Positions 1-9,590 of a stretch of 64,000 bases of DNA are shown here, one piece after another. The notes below the pieces were generated by a model that ran no database searches, was not told the DNA's origin, and saw only the letters and a program-made list of their open reading frames with translations. Made by a program: the position numbers and the translations under genes. Positions within the stretch are counted from its first letter, which is position 1. Each line of letters begins with the position of its first letter. Origin of the DNA: Candidatus Dojkabacteria bacterium (lineage in GTDB: Bacteria > Patescibacteriota > Dojkabacteria > J137); NCBI GenBank assembly GCA_030950485.1, contig JAUZRK010000001.1, positions 39,998 through 103,997 of the forward strand, in the 5' to 3' direction.

Positions 1-1059
1 TCCTGTAATAAAGATCTGAAATTTACAGCTTATCAAATATTTCGCGAGGTTAATTCTATGTTCCTCATCAAGCTCAGACATAACATCGTCAATTAGAAAT
101 ATAGCATTAATATTCGTCTTACTCTCAAGATATTTATGTTGAGACATTTTAAAAATAAAACTACTTATTCTTTGTTGTCCTCTTGAACCTCTAAATCTTA
201 GTTCATTTTCCCCGAAATTAAATCTATAATCATCTTTATGAATACCATAGAGAGTTTTACCAACTATAATTTCTTTAGCTTTATTTTGCTCATATTTGTC
301 TAAATATGCTGACTTAAAGTTTGCTTCTGTAGTTTCTAAGTTAGGTAAATACTCTAGATTAAATTCAAGTGTACCTCGATAAATATCGCTACCTGTATCA
401 TTTATAAACTGGCTTATCTCATTAAAAAATAGAATACGATACTTGAATATTAGATAAGCTGTATCGACTAGTCCATTTGTCCAGAACTCAAGCTCGTTCT
501 GTGAGGACTTACCCTCACGAATATTCTTTATAAGAGCATTTCTATTTTTTAATAAAGTTTTGTATTTTTTTAGTGAACTTTTATATTCATTAAAACAAGT
601 AGAAAGAAAAATATCTAAATCTGTTCTTCTATCCGAAGGAGTTCCATTTGTTATATTGATTGAATACGGCGCGAAAAGAATTACCTTTATTAGCTCACTA
701 GATTTGCGTTGATTAGTATTTTTTGTATTTAACTTTAATTGAGATTTAAGAATATTAGAAACATTTGAAATTACTAATTCTAAATTATTCTCTTCAGTAG
801 CTATTGATATTTTGGCAAAACCGCTTTCTGAATCAATATTGATAAAATCTAGTTTTGAGTATAATTGCCTAAAAGTAGATCCATTAGACATTAAGAAAAT
901 TGATTCCAGAATATTTGTTTTCCCATATCCATTCTTCTCTACGATTAGATTTATGTGATCGCTGAATTGGAGATCAAGATTTTTAATATTTCTGTAATTT
1001 TTTAGCTTTAGATTTCGTATATACAAATTTGTTAGTATAATAGACAAACAATTATACAT
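1..1059 (-). CDS. recF: DNA replication/repair protein RecF (3' end of gene beyond window edge; start ATG at 1059 or TTG at 1026)
   Basis: Manual minus-strand translation gives an uninterrupted ORF: MYNCLSIILTNLYIRNLKLKNYRNI..EKNGYGKTNILESI (Walker A)..GSRGQQR (signature)..IFLIDDVMSELD (Walker B/D-loop). Missing from the supplied ORF track apparently because it runs off the window edge. Confidence 0.85.
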   Translation of the reverse strand, partial: MYNCLSIILTNLYIRNLKLKNYRNIKNLDLQFSDHINLIVEKNGYGKTNILESIFLMSNGSTFRQLYSKLDFINIDSESGFAKISIATEENNLELVISNVSNILKSQLKLNTKNTNQRKSSELIKVILFAPYSINITNGTPSDRRTDLDIFLSTCFNEYKSSLKKYKTLLKNRNALIKNIREGKSSQNELEFWTNGLVDTAYLIFKYRILFFNEISQFINDTGSDIYRGTLEFNLEYLPNLETTEANFKSAYLDKYEQNKAKEIIVGKTLYGIHKDDYRFNFGENELRFRGSRGQQRISSFIFKMSQHKYLESKTNINAIFLIDDVMSELDEEHRINLAKYLISCKFQIFITG

Positions 1060-1076
1060 TAATGTAAATATAGTTT

Positions 1077-2159
1077 ATGAAAATAGGTATTGATTTATCA
1101 ATGGTTGATGAGAATAAAGCAGGTATAGGTTACTATGCATCTGAGTCTACAAGACAATTAATATTATTAGATAAAGAATCAATTTTCTATCTCTATACAT
1201 ATAATAAAAATCTTGTAAGTTCTTTTTCTCAGTTAAATAATGTAAAAGTTGTTGAGATAAAATCTAATAGACCAAATTTAAAATGGATAATAAAAACTTA
1301 TATTGATTTTAAAAAGAAAAAAATTGATTACTTTATATCTCCATCAAATTTTATGTTTGGTGTATTGTTCTCTAGAACTATCCAAATAATACATGACCTT
1401 CTACCTATTAAAAGGTCGGAATTCTGGCCAAAGAAAGCAGGTATTTTCTATAAGTATCAATTGAAATTAGCTTCCAGAAGAGCATTTGGTTTCGCAGTTA
1501 ATAGCGAAGCTACAAAAAATGATTTAAATTACTACTTCCCAAAAACTAAAGATAAGGCTTTTTATATTGGAGGTGGCTTAAATGAATGGGCTAAAAAAAA
1601 TTATACTAATAAAGAATTAGAAGTATCTAAAGAAAAACTTCAATTACCTGAAAATTACTTTTTCTCTGCTGGAACGTTACAACCAAGAAAGAATTATGAA
1701 GGTATGATCAAAGCTTTTTATGAATTTAAAAAAGATCATTCTGAATTTAAATATTTAATTTCGGGAGGGAAAGGTTGGTATTATGACCATATTTTCAAAA
1801 TTGTAAAAGATTTAAAACTAGAAGACGATGTAATATTCCTAGGTTATACAGATGAAATAGATTTCCCAGCTCTGATAAAGTTTTCCAGTGGTTTCCTATG
1901 GGTAAGCCACGACGAAGGATTTGGTATGCCATGTTTAGAAGCATATGCTTTTGGAAAACCTATTCTAACTTCAGATATTCCTGTCTTAAGAGAAGTTATG
2001 GAAGAAAATGCTTTTTTTGTAGATCCTAACAATATATCTGCTATAGTTAAAGGTATGAGTAATATATTGAGTGTAGGTGATCAAAAGGTAAATAAAGAGT
2101 TTCTAAACAAACATTCTTGGAAAAATGTAGCAAAAAGATTAAAAAATATTTATATATAA
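1077..2159 (+). CDS. Glycosyltransferase, GT4/GT1-type (GT-B fold)
   Basis: C-terminal motif EGFGMPCLEAYAFGKPILTSDIPVLREV, typical of GT4 retaining glycosyltransferases. 360 aa. Confidence 0.7.
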   Translation: MKIGIDLSMVDENKAGIGYYASESTRQLILLDKESIFYLYTYNKNLVSSFSQLNNVKVVEIKSNRPNLKWIIKTYIDFKKKKIDYFISPSNFMFGVLFSRTIQIIHDLLPIKRSEFWPKKAGIFYKYQLKLASRRAFGFAVNSEATKNDLNYYFPKTKDKAFYIGGGLNEWAKKNYTNKELEVSKEKLQLPENYFFSAGTLQPRKNYEGMIKAFYEFKKDHSEFKYLISGGKGWYYDHIFKIVKDLKLEDDVIFLGYTDEIDFPALIKFSSGFLWVSHDEGFGMPCLEAYAFGKPILTSDIPVLREVMEENAFFVDPNNISAIVKGMSNILSVGDQKVNKEFLNKHSWKNVAKRLKNIYI

Positions 2160-2181
2160 TTAACAGACTAGATAAATCAGC

Positions 2182-2209
2182 TTGACAAATCGAGCATTCT
2201 GAGATAATT
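2182..2209 (+). promoter_or_regulatory. Sigma70-like promoter candidate (TTGACA ..16 nt.. ATAATT) upstream of the acidic-protein/tig genes
   Basis: ttgaca at 2182-2187, ataatt at 2204-2209, in the intergenic region after the glycosyltransferase stop. Confidence 0.35.
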
Positions 2210-2232
2210 TCTCATGTAGTTTAATCAAAAAT

Positions 2233-2526
2233 ATGAAAAAGACAAAGCTAAATACAGACTTAGACAATAAGGATATCGAAGAAAAGGATGAAGATGCATC
2301 TGATGACATCAACTTCACAATGGGAGATATAATCCATGATGGAGATGATGCTGATGAAGATAAGCAGATACTTTCTAGAGCAAAAGACATTTTAGGAGAT
2401 AATTCAGATCCAGATGAGTATGAAAACCAGACATTTGGAGCAGAAGATCTAGAACTAGATGATTCAGATGATTTTTTAGCTGGAGAAGATTTTGATCCAG
2501 ACTATTTTGATCCAGAAGATTACTAA
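2233..2526 (+). CDS. Small highly acidic hypothetical protein (D/E-rich, 97 aa)
   Basis: Complete ORF rich in D/E (DDSDDFLAGEDFDPDYFDPEDY). No recognisable domain. Confidence 0.4.
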   Translation: MKKTKLNTDLDNKDIEEKDEDASDDINFTMGDIIHDGDDADEDKQILSRAKDILGDNSDPDEYENQTFGAEDLELDDSDDFLAGEDFDPDYFDPEDY

Positions 2527-2552
2527 AATTTTAAATATAAAATCCCATTTAC

Positions 2553-3728
2553 ATGAAGTACGAATATAAAGTCTTAAAAAAAGATACTGAACAAACGGAA
2601 ATTGAAATTTCAGTTCCATTTATTGAATTTGATAAGTTTAAAGAGGATGCTTTTAAAGAATTAGCAGAACCTATTGTAATACCAGGGTTTAGACCTGGTA
2701 AAGGGCCAAGAGAGTCTATTGAAAAGAAACTAGGTGAGAAGTTGATAAATAGATCTATAGAGAAACTTTTTCCTGTTCCAGCTATGGAAATTCTAACTAA
2801 AGAAGATTTAAAACCTATTTCTAGAGTTAAATATGAACTAAGTAAATTCGATTTAAAAGAAGGAATAGCTTACAAAATTATCTTTACAGAATACCCTATT
2901 GTTACATTAGGGGATCTTTCAAAGCTAAACGTAAAAAAAGAAATAGAGAAATCTAAAACTGAAGATATCGATATGGTTATTAAAAATATCGTTAGATCAA
3001 GCTTAAAACCTGAAGTGTTGAAAAAATACGAGATAAAGCAAAAAGTACAAAGTACAAAGTCAAAGAAAAGTGATAGTGAACAAGAAGAAAAAGGAAAAAA
3101 TGATTCAAAATCAAAAAATGAAACTCCAAAAGCAGAGGCTATTGAGTTTGACCTAAGCGATGAGCTAATTAAAGAACTTGGGTACAAGAAGGAAAAGACT
3201 GTAGTTGAAATGAGAAAGCAGGTCGAAGAAAGATTAGCTGGTATTAAAGAAAAACAAGCGGAAGATAAATATATTGAAGAATTAATTACAAAAGCTGTCG
3301 AAGCTGCAAAAGTAGACCTTCCAAAGTCTCTTATTCAAAATGAAGCTAGACTTTATGAAGAAGACTTTAATAGTAGATTAAAAGAATTAAATCTTGATGC
3401 TGATACTTTCTTAAAGACTCAAGGGTCAAGCATAGAAGATAAAAAGAAAGAATGGACAAAGCAAGCAGAGGGTAAGATCAAGACTGAACTAGTACTATAT
3501 CAAATAGCAACTGATCATAAATTAGATGTAGAGGAAGAAGAGATTGAAACAGAGATTAATGCAATTACTGATGAAAAAGTAAGATCTAGTTATCAAAGGG
3601 GCGATGCAAAGAATTATATTAGATCTGTACTAATTAAAAGAAAGGCAGTTGAGAAATTAAAAGAGATTGTTGATGGAAAGAAATCAGTTACGAAGAATGT
3701 AGAGAAGAAGGTAGCTACTAAGAAATAG
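2553..3728 (+). CDS. tig: Trigger factor (ribosome-associated chaperone / PPIase)
   Basis: N-terminal ribosome-binding signature GFRPGKGPRE, 391 aa, trigger-factor-like domain order. Followed by a terminator. Confidence 0.75.
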   Translation: MKYEYKVLKKDTEQTEIEISVPFIEFDKFKEDAFKELAEPIVIPGFRPGKGPRESIEKKLGEKLINRSIEKLFPVPAMEILTKEDLKPISRVKYELSKFDLKEGIAYKIIFTEYPIVTLGDLSKLNVKKEIEKSKTEDIDMVIKNIVRSSLKPEVLKKYEIKQKVQSTKSKKSDSEQEEKGKNDSKSKNETPKAEAIEFDLSDELIKELGYKKEKTVVEMRKQVEERLAGIKEKQAEDKYIEELITKAVEAAKVDLPKSLIQNEARLYEEDFNSRLKELNLDADTFLKTQGSSIEDKKKEWTKQAEGKIKTELVLYQIATDHKLDVEEEEIETEINAITDEKVRSSYQRGDAKNYIRSVLIKRKAVEKLKEIVDGKKSVTKNVEKKVATKK

Positions 3729-3752
3729 AATAAAGACCGGACGCGAATCAAA

Positions 3753-3782
3753 AGGAGGCATTTAAATGCCTCCTTTTTTTTA
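3753..3782. terminator. Rho-independent terminator (AGGAGGCAT..ATGCCTCCT + T8), likely bidirectional between tig and the convergent minus-strand gene
   Basis: Perfect 9-bp stem followed by a T-run at 3775-3782. Confidence 0.7.
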
Positions 3783-3798
3783 ATTTAATCTTTAAGAA

Positions 3799-4272
3799 TT
3801 ATACTGGTGTTGAAGCATTCCAAGCTATATTAAACATTTGGTTTAATAATTTAACCATATTCTTATCTGATATTATTATCCCTATTAGATTATCAGAATC
3901 TTTATTAATTATACTTGCCTTATCTCCATACAGCGAAAGTGTTGACTCAAAATTTACGGATTCATCCATGAATCTACTTTCTTTTAAAGTTTGCACATTT
4001 GAAATTTCTAATTCATTTTCTCTATCTTTATAATGAATCAAATTCTTTAAAGCTATACCTTTTTCTACTCTTTTAGATATATAACCTTGTATAGTCTCTG
4101 GTATTTTAGGGTGAAATTTAGCTGCTACTTCTCCATTCACCATCTGTTTTATTTCTTTATCACCAGATGAAATTCTGTCTACTAAAAGTGCAAGATAAGT
4201 ACCATTACCCTTATATACTTCAATCTCGTTATTTTTTAACTCAGACATTTCTTTTATACTTTGGAATTCCAT
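3799..4272 (-). CDS. TrmB C-terminal-domain-like protein (no HTH), paralog of the neighbouring TrmB-family genes
   Basis: C-terminal ...MFNIAWNA resembles MYLMIWENAE (4289..4837) and MFELAWNAAM (50070..50858). No N-terminal HTH. Confidence 0.4.
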   Translation of the reverse strand: MEFQSIKEMSELKNNEIEVYKGNGTYLALLVDRISSGDKEIKQMVNGEVAAKFHPKIPETIQGYISKRVEKGIALKNLIHYKDRENELEISNVQTLKESRFMDESVNFESTLSLYGDKASIINKDSDNLIGIIISDKNMVKLLNQMFNIAWNASTPV

Positions 4273-4288
4273 ATTTCTTTTTTAAAAA

Positions 4289-5070
4289 TTAATATATGAT
4301 TTCAGCATTTTCCCAAATCATTAAATACATAGATTTAACCATATTAGTAATAAACTTATCTTCTATTACTACTCTTAATAATCTATTATCTAACTTAGTA
4401 TGAAAACTTACGTTCGAATCAAAAAAGGAAATTAACGTACTAAATTTATAATTACCCTTTAAGGCTCTTACTTCTTTTAGATTATTGCTAGAGGTAGTAT
4501 CAAATTTATCAATGGCTTCTGAGTTATCTGTCATGTACTTTAAACTAATACCTAATTTCACTCTTCTACTTATATAGTCAGCTATATAACTGTCATACTC
4601 TTTACCTTTTGGGACAAATTCCTGTACAAACTTTCTATTTCCAATTTCATACAAAACTTTATCTTTTACTTTCAATCTACTATCCATAAAAAGTTTATAT
4701 CCTTGTTTACCTTCATAAACTTTTATATTACTATTCTTATAATGATTTCTAGCATATTCATCTATGTCAGAAATAAAAGCCTCTATGCCGCTCTTAGCGC
4801 TCTCTAATTTACTCTTTTCATTCTGATAGATATCCATATTAGTGTTTTTGATTCCAGAGCTCCAAATAGCTGATTTCGCTTCTCTCCTGTTACAGTCACT
4901 AAACCTATATCTTGAAGTTTTTTCAAGGCTCTATATGTTGAAGATTTATCCATACTCAATGAAAGATAAATATCAGTTCCGCTAGAAACTTCATTTCTAA
5001 GTAAAAATCTATAAATATCTATTTCGTTTTCCGTTAAACCTAATTGTTCTAAAGATTGTATTTGATTCAT
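4289..5070 (-). pseudogene. TrmB-family transcriptional regulator, split by a frameshift at an A5 run (HTH part 4804..5070, effector-domain part 4289..4837)
   Basis: The 88-aa winged-HTH ORF (TrmB-like: ..LGLTENEIDIYRFLL..GTDIYLSLSMDKSSTYRALKKLQDIGLV) overlaps a 182-aa TrmB C-domain ORF in the +1 frame. One added A in the run at 4845-4849 would fuse them (..ALESKNTNMDIYQ..). An intact 262-aa paralog lies at 50070..50858. Confidence 0.6.
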
Positions 5071-5151
5071 ATGCTATTGCATCATATAGTTGCATTCAAT
5101 ACAACTATATTACAGTATTGCATTTTTATAGTATATATAGTCACAACTTGC

Positions 5152-5183
5152 AAAAAAAAAGACACCTATAAGGTGTCTTTTTA
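5152..5183. terminator. Rho-independent terminator (AGACACCT-ATA-AGGTGTCT flanked by A9 and T5) downstream of rpsI
   Basis: Perfect 8-bp stem with a flanking A-run (5152-5160) and T-run (5179-5183). Functions for the minus-strand ribosomal operon. Confidence 0.7.
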
Positions 5184-5201
5184 AATTTATTATTAGTATT
5201 T

Positions 5202-5600
5202 TTAACGTTTTGAGAATTGTTCTGCTTTTCTCGCTTTTCTTAAACCTGGTTTCTTTCTTTCTACCATTCTAGAATCTCTAGTTAGATATCCTGCCTTTTT
5301 AATAGCATCTTTAGTCTCAGGGCTAACTTTTACTATAGCTCTAGCTAGCGCGTGTCTAACAGCCTCTGCTTGAGCAGAATGACCACTGCCAGATACTCTA
5401 ACTGTATAATAAAAATCTTCTTTCTTTAAACCAGCAACTTCAAAAACATTATTAATTTTGTATTCATAGTTTGCCTTTGGGAAATATTCTGCAATAGATT
5501 TCTCATTTACAACATTTGCACCTTTCTCTTCGAACAACCTTAATGTAGCTGAAGCTGTTTTTCTTCTTCCAATTGTATATGTATACTTTTTATCAGCCAT
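5202..5600 (-). CDS. rpsI: 30S ribosomal protein S9
   Basis: Strong S9 similarity (..GGGHSAQAEAVRHALARAI.. C-terminal ..RKARKAEQFSKR). Confidence 0.9.
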   Translation of the reverse strand: MADKKYTYTIGRRKTASATLRLFEEKGANVVNEKSIAEYFPKANYEYKINNVFEVAGLKKEDFYYTVRVSGSGHSAQAEAVRHALARAIVKVSPETKDAIKKAGYLTRDSRMVERKKPGLRKARKAEQFSKR

Positions 5601-5615
5601 ATATTATATCTTGAA

Positions 5616-6059
5616 TTAAATTTTAAATTCTTTAGCATTTATTACTACTGGTTTATTGGCTTCATGATTATGAATAGCCTCAGTATAAACCTTTAGATTT
5701 GTAATCAACATTCTACCTTTCTTATTCTTAGGTAACATTCCTTTTACAGCATTTTCTATTACAAAATTAGGATCTTTTGCAAACTTCGTATCCAAGTCTT
5801 GAACAGATAATCCACTTGGGTATCCAGAATATTTTTTATAAAACTTAGAGAAACCTCTCTTTGCAGTAAAATCAATTTTAGAACTATTTATTACTACAAC
5901 TTTCTTCATAGGATTAAGATAATCTCTTACAAGAGGATCTGTTTTACCTAATAAAAGCTCTGCAGCTATAGTAGCTACTCTACCACTTCTCATTCCAGCA
6001 GCATCTATTAAAAACCACTCTTCTTTTATATCTTTTTGACTTATACTACTTGTTTTCAT
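5616..6059 (-). CDS. rplM: 50S ribosomal protein L13
   Basis: L13 hallmark N-terminus (..KEEWFLIDAAGMRSGRVATIAAELLLGK..). Confidence 0.9.
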   Translation of the reverse strand: MKTSSISQKDIKEEWFLIDAAGMRSGRVATIAAELLLGKTDPLVRDYLNPMKKVVVINSSKIDFTAKRGFSKFYKKYSGYPSGLSVQDLDTKFAKDPNFVIENAVKGMLPKNKKGRMLITNLKVYTEAIHNHEANKPVVINAKEFKI

Positions 6060-6558
6060 AATTTTTATTTATCTGTTTTTGTTGATTTCTTAGTTGTTTT
6101 CTTATCACTAGTTTTTTAGTACTAGATTTTTTCTTGCTAGCTTTAGTTTCTTGCTTTTCTAAAGCTTCAGAAACTTTAGATTTCTTAGCTTTTGCTTCTA
6201 CATTAACAAGCATAACATATACTTGTTCTGCATTATCTCCAGCTCTATTTGTAGTTCTTATAACTCTTGTATATCCTGAGTTTCTATCTCCTAATTTATT
6301 TTCAACTTGATAAAAGAATCTATTTATTGCTCTATCATTATTATTAAAAAATGATTCTACTTGTCTTCTACTATGTTGTGTTCCAACTTTAGCCTTAGTT
6401 ACAAGTCTGTCAAATATAGACTTTAGTGCTTTAGACTTTGCTGGTGTAGTTTTAATTTTCTCATTTCTCACTAGCTCGATTACTTGTGATTTAATCATAG
6501 CTTTTGTATGAGAAGCTGTTTTACCTTGAATTTTTATTTTATTTCTATTTGAGAACAT
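6046..6558 (-). CDS. rplQ: 50S ribosomal protein L17 (with Lys-rich C-terminal extension)
   Basis: L17 core (..SGYTRVIRTTNRAGDNAEQVYVMLV..) plus a roughly 50-aa K/A/E-rich tail. Confidence 0.85.
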   Translation of the reverse strand: MFSNRNKIKIQGKTASHTKAMIKSQVIELVRNEKIKTTPAKSKALKSIFDRLVTKAKVGTQHSRRQVESFFNNNDRAINRFFYQVENKLGDRNSGYTRVIRTTNRAGDNAEQVYVMLVNVEAKAKKSKVSEALEKQETKASKKKSSTKKLVIRKQLRNQQKQINKNYENK

Positions 6559-6578
6559 TTCTCTCTACTAAATTTAAA

Positions 6579-7544
6579 TTATATAACTTTAATTTCGTAT
6601 TTCTTTAATACTTCTATTAATTCATCTAGTGACTTTTTACCCATTCCTTTAATACTTGCCAATTCTTCTTCAGTATATCCTTCTAGTTTAGTTAACTCAT
6701 CAATTCCAGATCTTAGTAAAGCGTTTGTAAGTCTAGTTGAAAGATTTAGGTCTTCTACAACTAATTGCTTTTTAGTAGTCTCATCTTCAACAACAACTTC
6801 TTCTTCTTTTACAGTTGTTGATTTTAATATTTCAGCCTCTTTTCCGTCAAGTAAATCTTTAGTAATTTGACTTAAATGAGATGTCATTTCATTTAATAAT
6901 CTTACTGAAATGTTTACAGCTTCTAAACTATTAATAGATCCGTTAGTCTCTACAGATAGATTTAGCTGATCTAAATCAGTTTCTTGTCCAACTCTAGTTT
7001 CAGCTACATCGTAAGAAACTAAAACTACAGGTGAGAAAGTAGCATCTATTGGTAAAGTACCTAGTTCTTTTCTAACCTCTTGATCAGGAAAGATGTAACC
7101 AGTTCCATTATTAATAGTAAATTCTGCTTTGAAACTTGCTTTTCCGTCTAATTTTGTTATTACGTAATCACCATTTACAATATCTACATCTGAATTCTTT
7201 TCAATATCAGAAGCTTTAACTTCAACCTGAGCACCCGCTTTACCTTGAACATTAAGTGTTAATGTTACTGGCTCGTCTACTCTAGATCTTACAACTACGT
7301 TCTTAATTGAAAGTAAAACTTTTAATACATCATCTAAAACTCCATCTAGTGAAGCATACTCATGTAGAGCACCATCTAATTTTACAGCTGTAATAGCAGA
7401 TCCTGGAATAGAAGATAATAATATTCTTCTTAACATGTTTCCTAAAGTATGACCGTAACCTTTTGGTAATGGACCTACTTCAAAATTCATTGTATTCCCT
7501 TCTTCAGAAGTTTTTTTAATGTTGAAAGAATTTAAGGAAACCAT
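6579..7544 (-). CDS. rpoA: DNA-directed RNA polymerase alpha subunit
   Basis: N-terminal ..FEVGPLPKGYGHTLGNMLRRILLSSIPGSAITAVKLDG.. plus a C-terminal alphaCTD-like ..LSTRLTNALLRSGIDELTKL.. Confidence 0.9.
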   Translation of the reverse strand: MVSLNSFNIKKTSEEGNTMNFEVGPLPKGYGHTLGNMLRRILLSSIPGSAITAVKLDGALHEYASLDGVLDDVLKVLLSIKNVVVRSRVDEPVTLTLNVQGKAGAQVEVKASDIEKNSDVDIVNGDYVITKLDGKASFKAEFTINNGTGYIFPDQEVRKELGTLPIDATFSPVVLVSYDVAETRVGQETDLDQLNLSVETNGSINSLEAVNISVRLLNEMTSHLSQITKDLLDGKEAEILKSTTVKEEEVVVEDETTKKQLVVEDLNLSTRLTNALLRSGIDELTKLEGYTEEELASIKGMGKKSLDELIEVLKKYEIKVI

Positions 7545-7575
7545 ATTTGAGAATCTCTAATAACTAAATTAACTA

Positions 7576-8172
7576 CTACCTAGAATATAATTCTACTATC
7601 AATTTTTCTCTAATTGTAGAGTCTATTTCTTCTCTTGTAGGCTCTGCAACAACTTTTCCTCCACTTACTAATGCTGATAGCCACTTAGGTGCAGAATAGT
7701 TTTTCATTTCTGATTGAATAATTGCAAAAAATTGTCCCTTTGCAATTTTCTCTTTTAATTCAACTTCGTCTCCAACTTTAACAATTGTTGAAGGAATATC
7801 ATGTTTCTTACCATTTAACAACAGATGTCCATGAGTAATAAATTGTCTAGCCTGTGCTCTGGTTTCTGCTAAGCCAAGTTTAAAAACAACATTATCTAAT
7901 CTCATTTCAAGTAACTGTAATAATCTCACCCCTGTGTTTCCAGTTGATTTCAATGCTTCAGTATAGAATTTAACAAATTGCCTTTCTGTCATTCCATAAG
8001 TTCTCTTTACTTTCTGCTTTTCTCTAAATTGAATAGCATAATCTGAAGGTCTCTTTTTAAGTACAGCGAATTGTCCTGGTAAAGACATTCTTCTCTTCCA
8101 TTTATCAGACTTTCCAAGAACTGTAGCGTTCTCTCTTCTATTTATTCTCCATTTAGGACCTGTATATCTCAT
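7576..8172 (-). CDS. rpsD: 30S ribosomal protein S4
   Basis: S4 signature (MRYTGPKWRINRRE.., S4 RNA-binding domain). Confidence 0.9.
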   Translation of the reverse strand: MRYTGPKWRINRRENATVLGKSDKWKRRMSLPGQFAVLKKRPSDYAIQFREKQKVKRTYGMTERQFVKFYTEALKSTGNTGVRLLQLLEMRLDNVVFKLGLAETRAQARQFITHGHLLLNGKKHDIPSTIVKVGDEVELKEKIAKGQFFAIIQSEMKNYSAPKWLSALVSGGKVVAEPTREEIDSTIREKLIVELYSR

Positions 8173-8201
8173 ATAATTATTTATTCGTAATTATTTATTT
8201 A

Positions 8202-8618
8202 TTATTTTTTAGGCTTTCTTCTTGACTTGCAACCTCCGTGTGGAACTGGAGTCTTATCAGTCAATAAAGTTATTTTAAGTCCTGCCTGTCTAATTCCTTT
8301 AATTGCAGCTTGTCTTCCAATACCTACTCCTTTAACTACTACTTCAGCTTCTTTAGCACCTTGATCAATAGCTTTCATTGCTGCATCTTCTCCTGTTTTT
8401 GTTGAAGCGTATGCAGTTGATTTTCTACTTCCTTTAAAACCTATAGCTCCACAACTACTTGTAGCAATAATACTACCGTCATAAGTTGCTGCTGAAACTA
8501 TTGTATTATTATATGTAGCTTTTACATACATTAACACTTTAGGTGGAATTGATTTTTTAGTCTTTTTTTTACCTCCAGCTTTCTTAGCTGTTACTACTTT
8601 TTTATTAACTTTAGCCAT
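8202..8618 (-). CDS. rpsK: 30S ribosomal protein S11
   Basis: S11 core (..YVKATYNNTIVSAATYDG..CGAIGFKGSRKSTAYA..). Confidence 0.9.
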   Translation of the reverse strand: MAKVNKKVVTAKKAGGKKKTKKSIPPKVLMYVKATYNNTIVSAATYDGSIIATSSCGAIGFKGSRKSTAYASTKTGEDAAMKAIDQGAKEAEVVVKGVGIGRQAAIKGIRQAGLKITLLTDKTPVPHGGCKSRRKPKK

Positions 8619-8624
8619 TATTTA

Positions 8625-9008
8625 TTATTTGTGAGTTAATTTAACTTTTAATCCTCCGACAGCTTTATTCTTTCCTTTTCTAGTTCTTGAATTAGTTCGA
8701 GTATTCTGTCCTCTCACTGGAAGACCAGCTCTATGTCTCGTCCCTCTATATGTTCTAATATCTCTTAATCTTTTTATGTCTTGGAAAACTTTTTGTTTAA
8801 CTTGTCCTTCAGTTAGGATGTTTTTATCTATATAATCGTAGATTCTTTTAATCTCAACGTCTGTCAAATCCTTAACTCTTTTACTTGGATCAATATTAGT
8901 TGCTTGTAAAATAGATTTAGAAGATGTTAATCCTATACCATGTATATATGTTAGAGCTACCTCTACTCTTTTTTCATTTGGTACTTCTACTCCTACAATT
9001 CTTGCCAT
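8625..9008 (-). CDS. rpsM: 30S ribosomal protein S13
   Basis: MARIVGVEVPNEKRVEVALTYIHGIGLTSSKSIL.. typical S13. Confidence 0.9.
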   Translation of the reverse strand: MARIVGVEVPNEKRVEVALTYIHGIGLTSSKSILQATNIDPSKRVKDLTDVEIKRIYDYIDKNILTEGQVKQKVFQDIKRLRDIRTYRGTRHRAGLPVRGQNTRTNSRTRKGKNKAVGGLKVKLTHK

Positions 9009-9032
9009 ATTTTTATCTCTTTAAATATAATA

Positions 9033-9188
9033 TTATCCTTGTCTTTGTTTATGTCTTGGATTTGATTTGCAATAAACGTAATAAATTGGCTGTACTTTGA
9101 CAGCTCCTTTTTTACTTATTTGTTTTTTTCTTCTTTTTACAATGTAGCAACTACTACACATTTTTTTTACACTAGCTTGTACTTTCAT
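9033..9188 (-). CDS. rpmJ: 50S ribosomal protein L36 (51 aa, contains a roughly 13-aa insertion relative to the canonical 38-aa form)
   Basis: Manual translation: [51 protein letters not shown], with a C..C..C..H zinc ribbon and the canonical HKQRQG end. Absent from the ORF track because it is under 60 aa. Confidence 0.8.
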   Translation of the reverse strand: MKVQASVKKMCSSCYIVKRRKKQISKKGAVKVQPIYYVYCKSNPRHKQRQG

Positions 9189-9431
9189 ATATTTTTTTAT
9201 TAGCGCCTGTATTTATAACAAAATTACCCAAAATAGTAAATAGTATTTATAGAGAAAAATTTATTTATTCCTATTTTAGGCTATATAACTATGATTAAGT
9301 TTTTATCGGTGCAGTTAATTCGTTTGGTAATTATAGAGCCAAACTGCGATTTAATCAAGAACTTCAAATATTTTGAACTAAATCAGCTGAATTTGCTAGA
9401 ATTTAATACTTATTTTTAAGCCAATAAATTT

Positions 9432-9590
9432 ATGTCAGAGCGTAACAGTGGGGAATTAAGTACACGAGATGAATTAGAACAAATTGATTTAGTAACAGGT
9501 CTAATTAATGAGACTGATGAGTTAGATTTTAAAGAAACTATGCTTTTATTTGAAAATATTGAAAAAAACTACAGATACTTTAGAAAATGA
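9432..9590 (+). CDS. Small hypothetical ORF (52 aa, acidic)
   Basis: ATG-initiated ORF MSERNSGELSTRDELEQIDLVTGLINETDELDFKETMLLFENIEKNYRYFRK in the long intergenic region upstream of rpmJ. No homology recognised. Confidence 0.2.
   Translation: MSERNSGELSTRDELEQIDLVTGLINETDELDFKETMLLFENIEKNYRYFRK

Noticed and set aside
1844-3187. Small minus-strand ORFs (1844..2032, 2160..2390, 2870..3187) opposite the glycosyltransferase, acidic protein and tig
   Set aside because: Overlap stronger genes on the opposite strand. Low-complexity composition.
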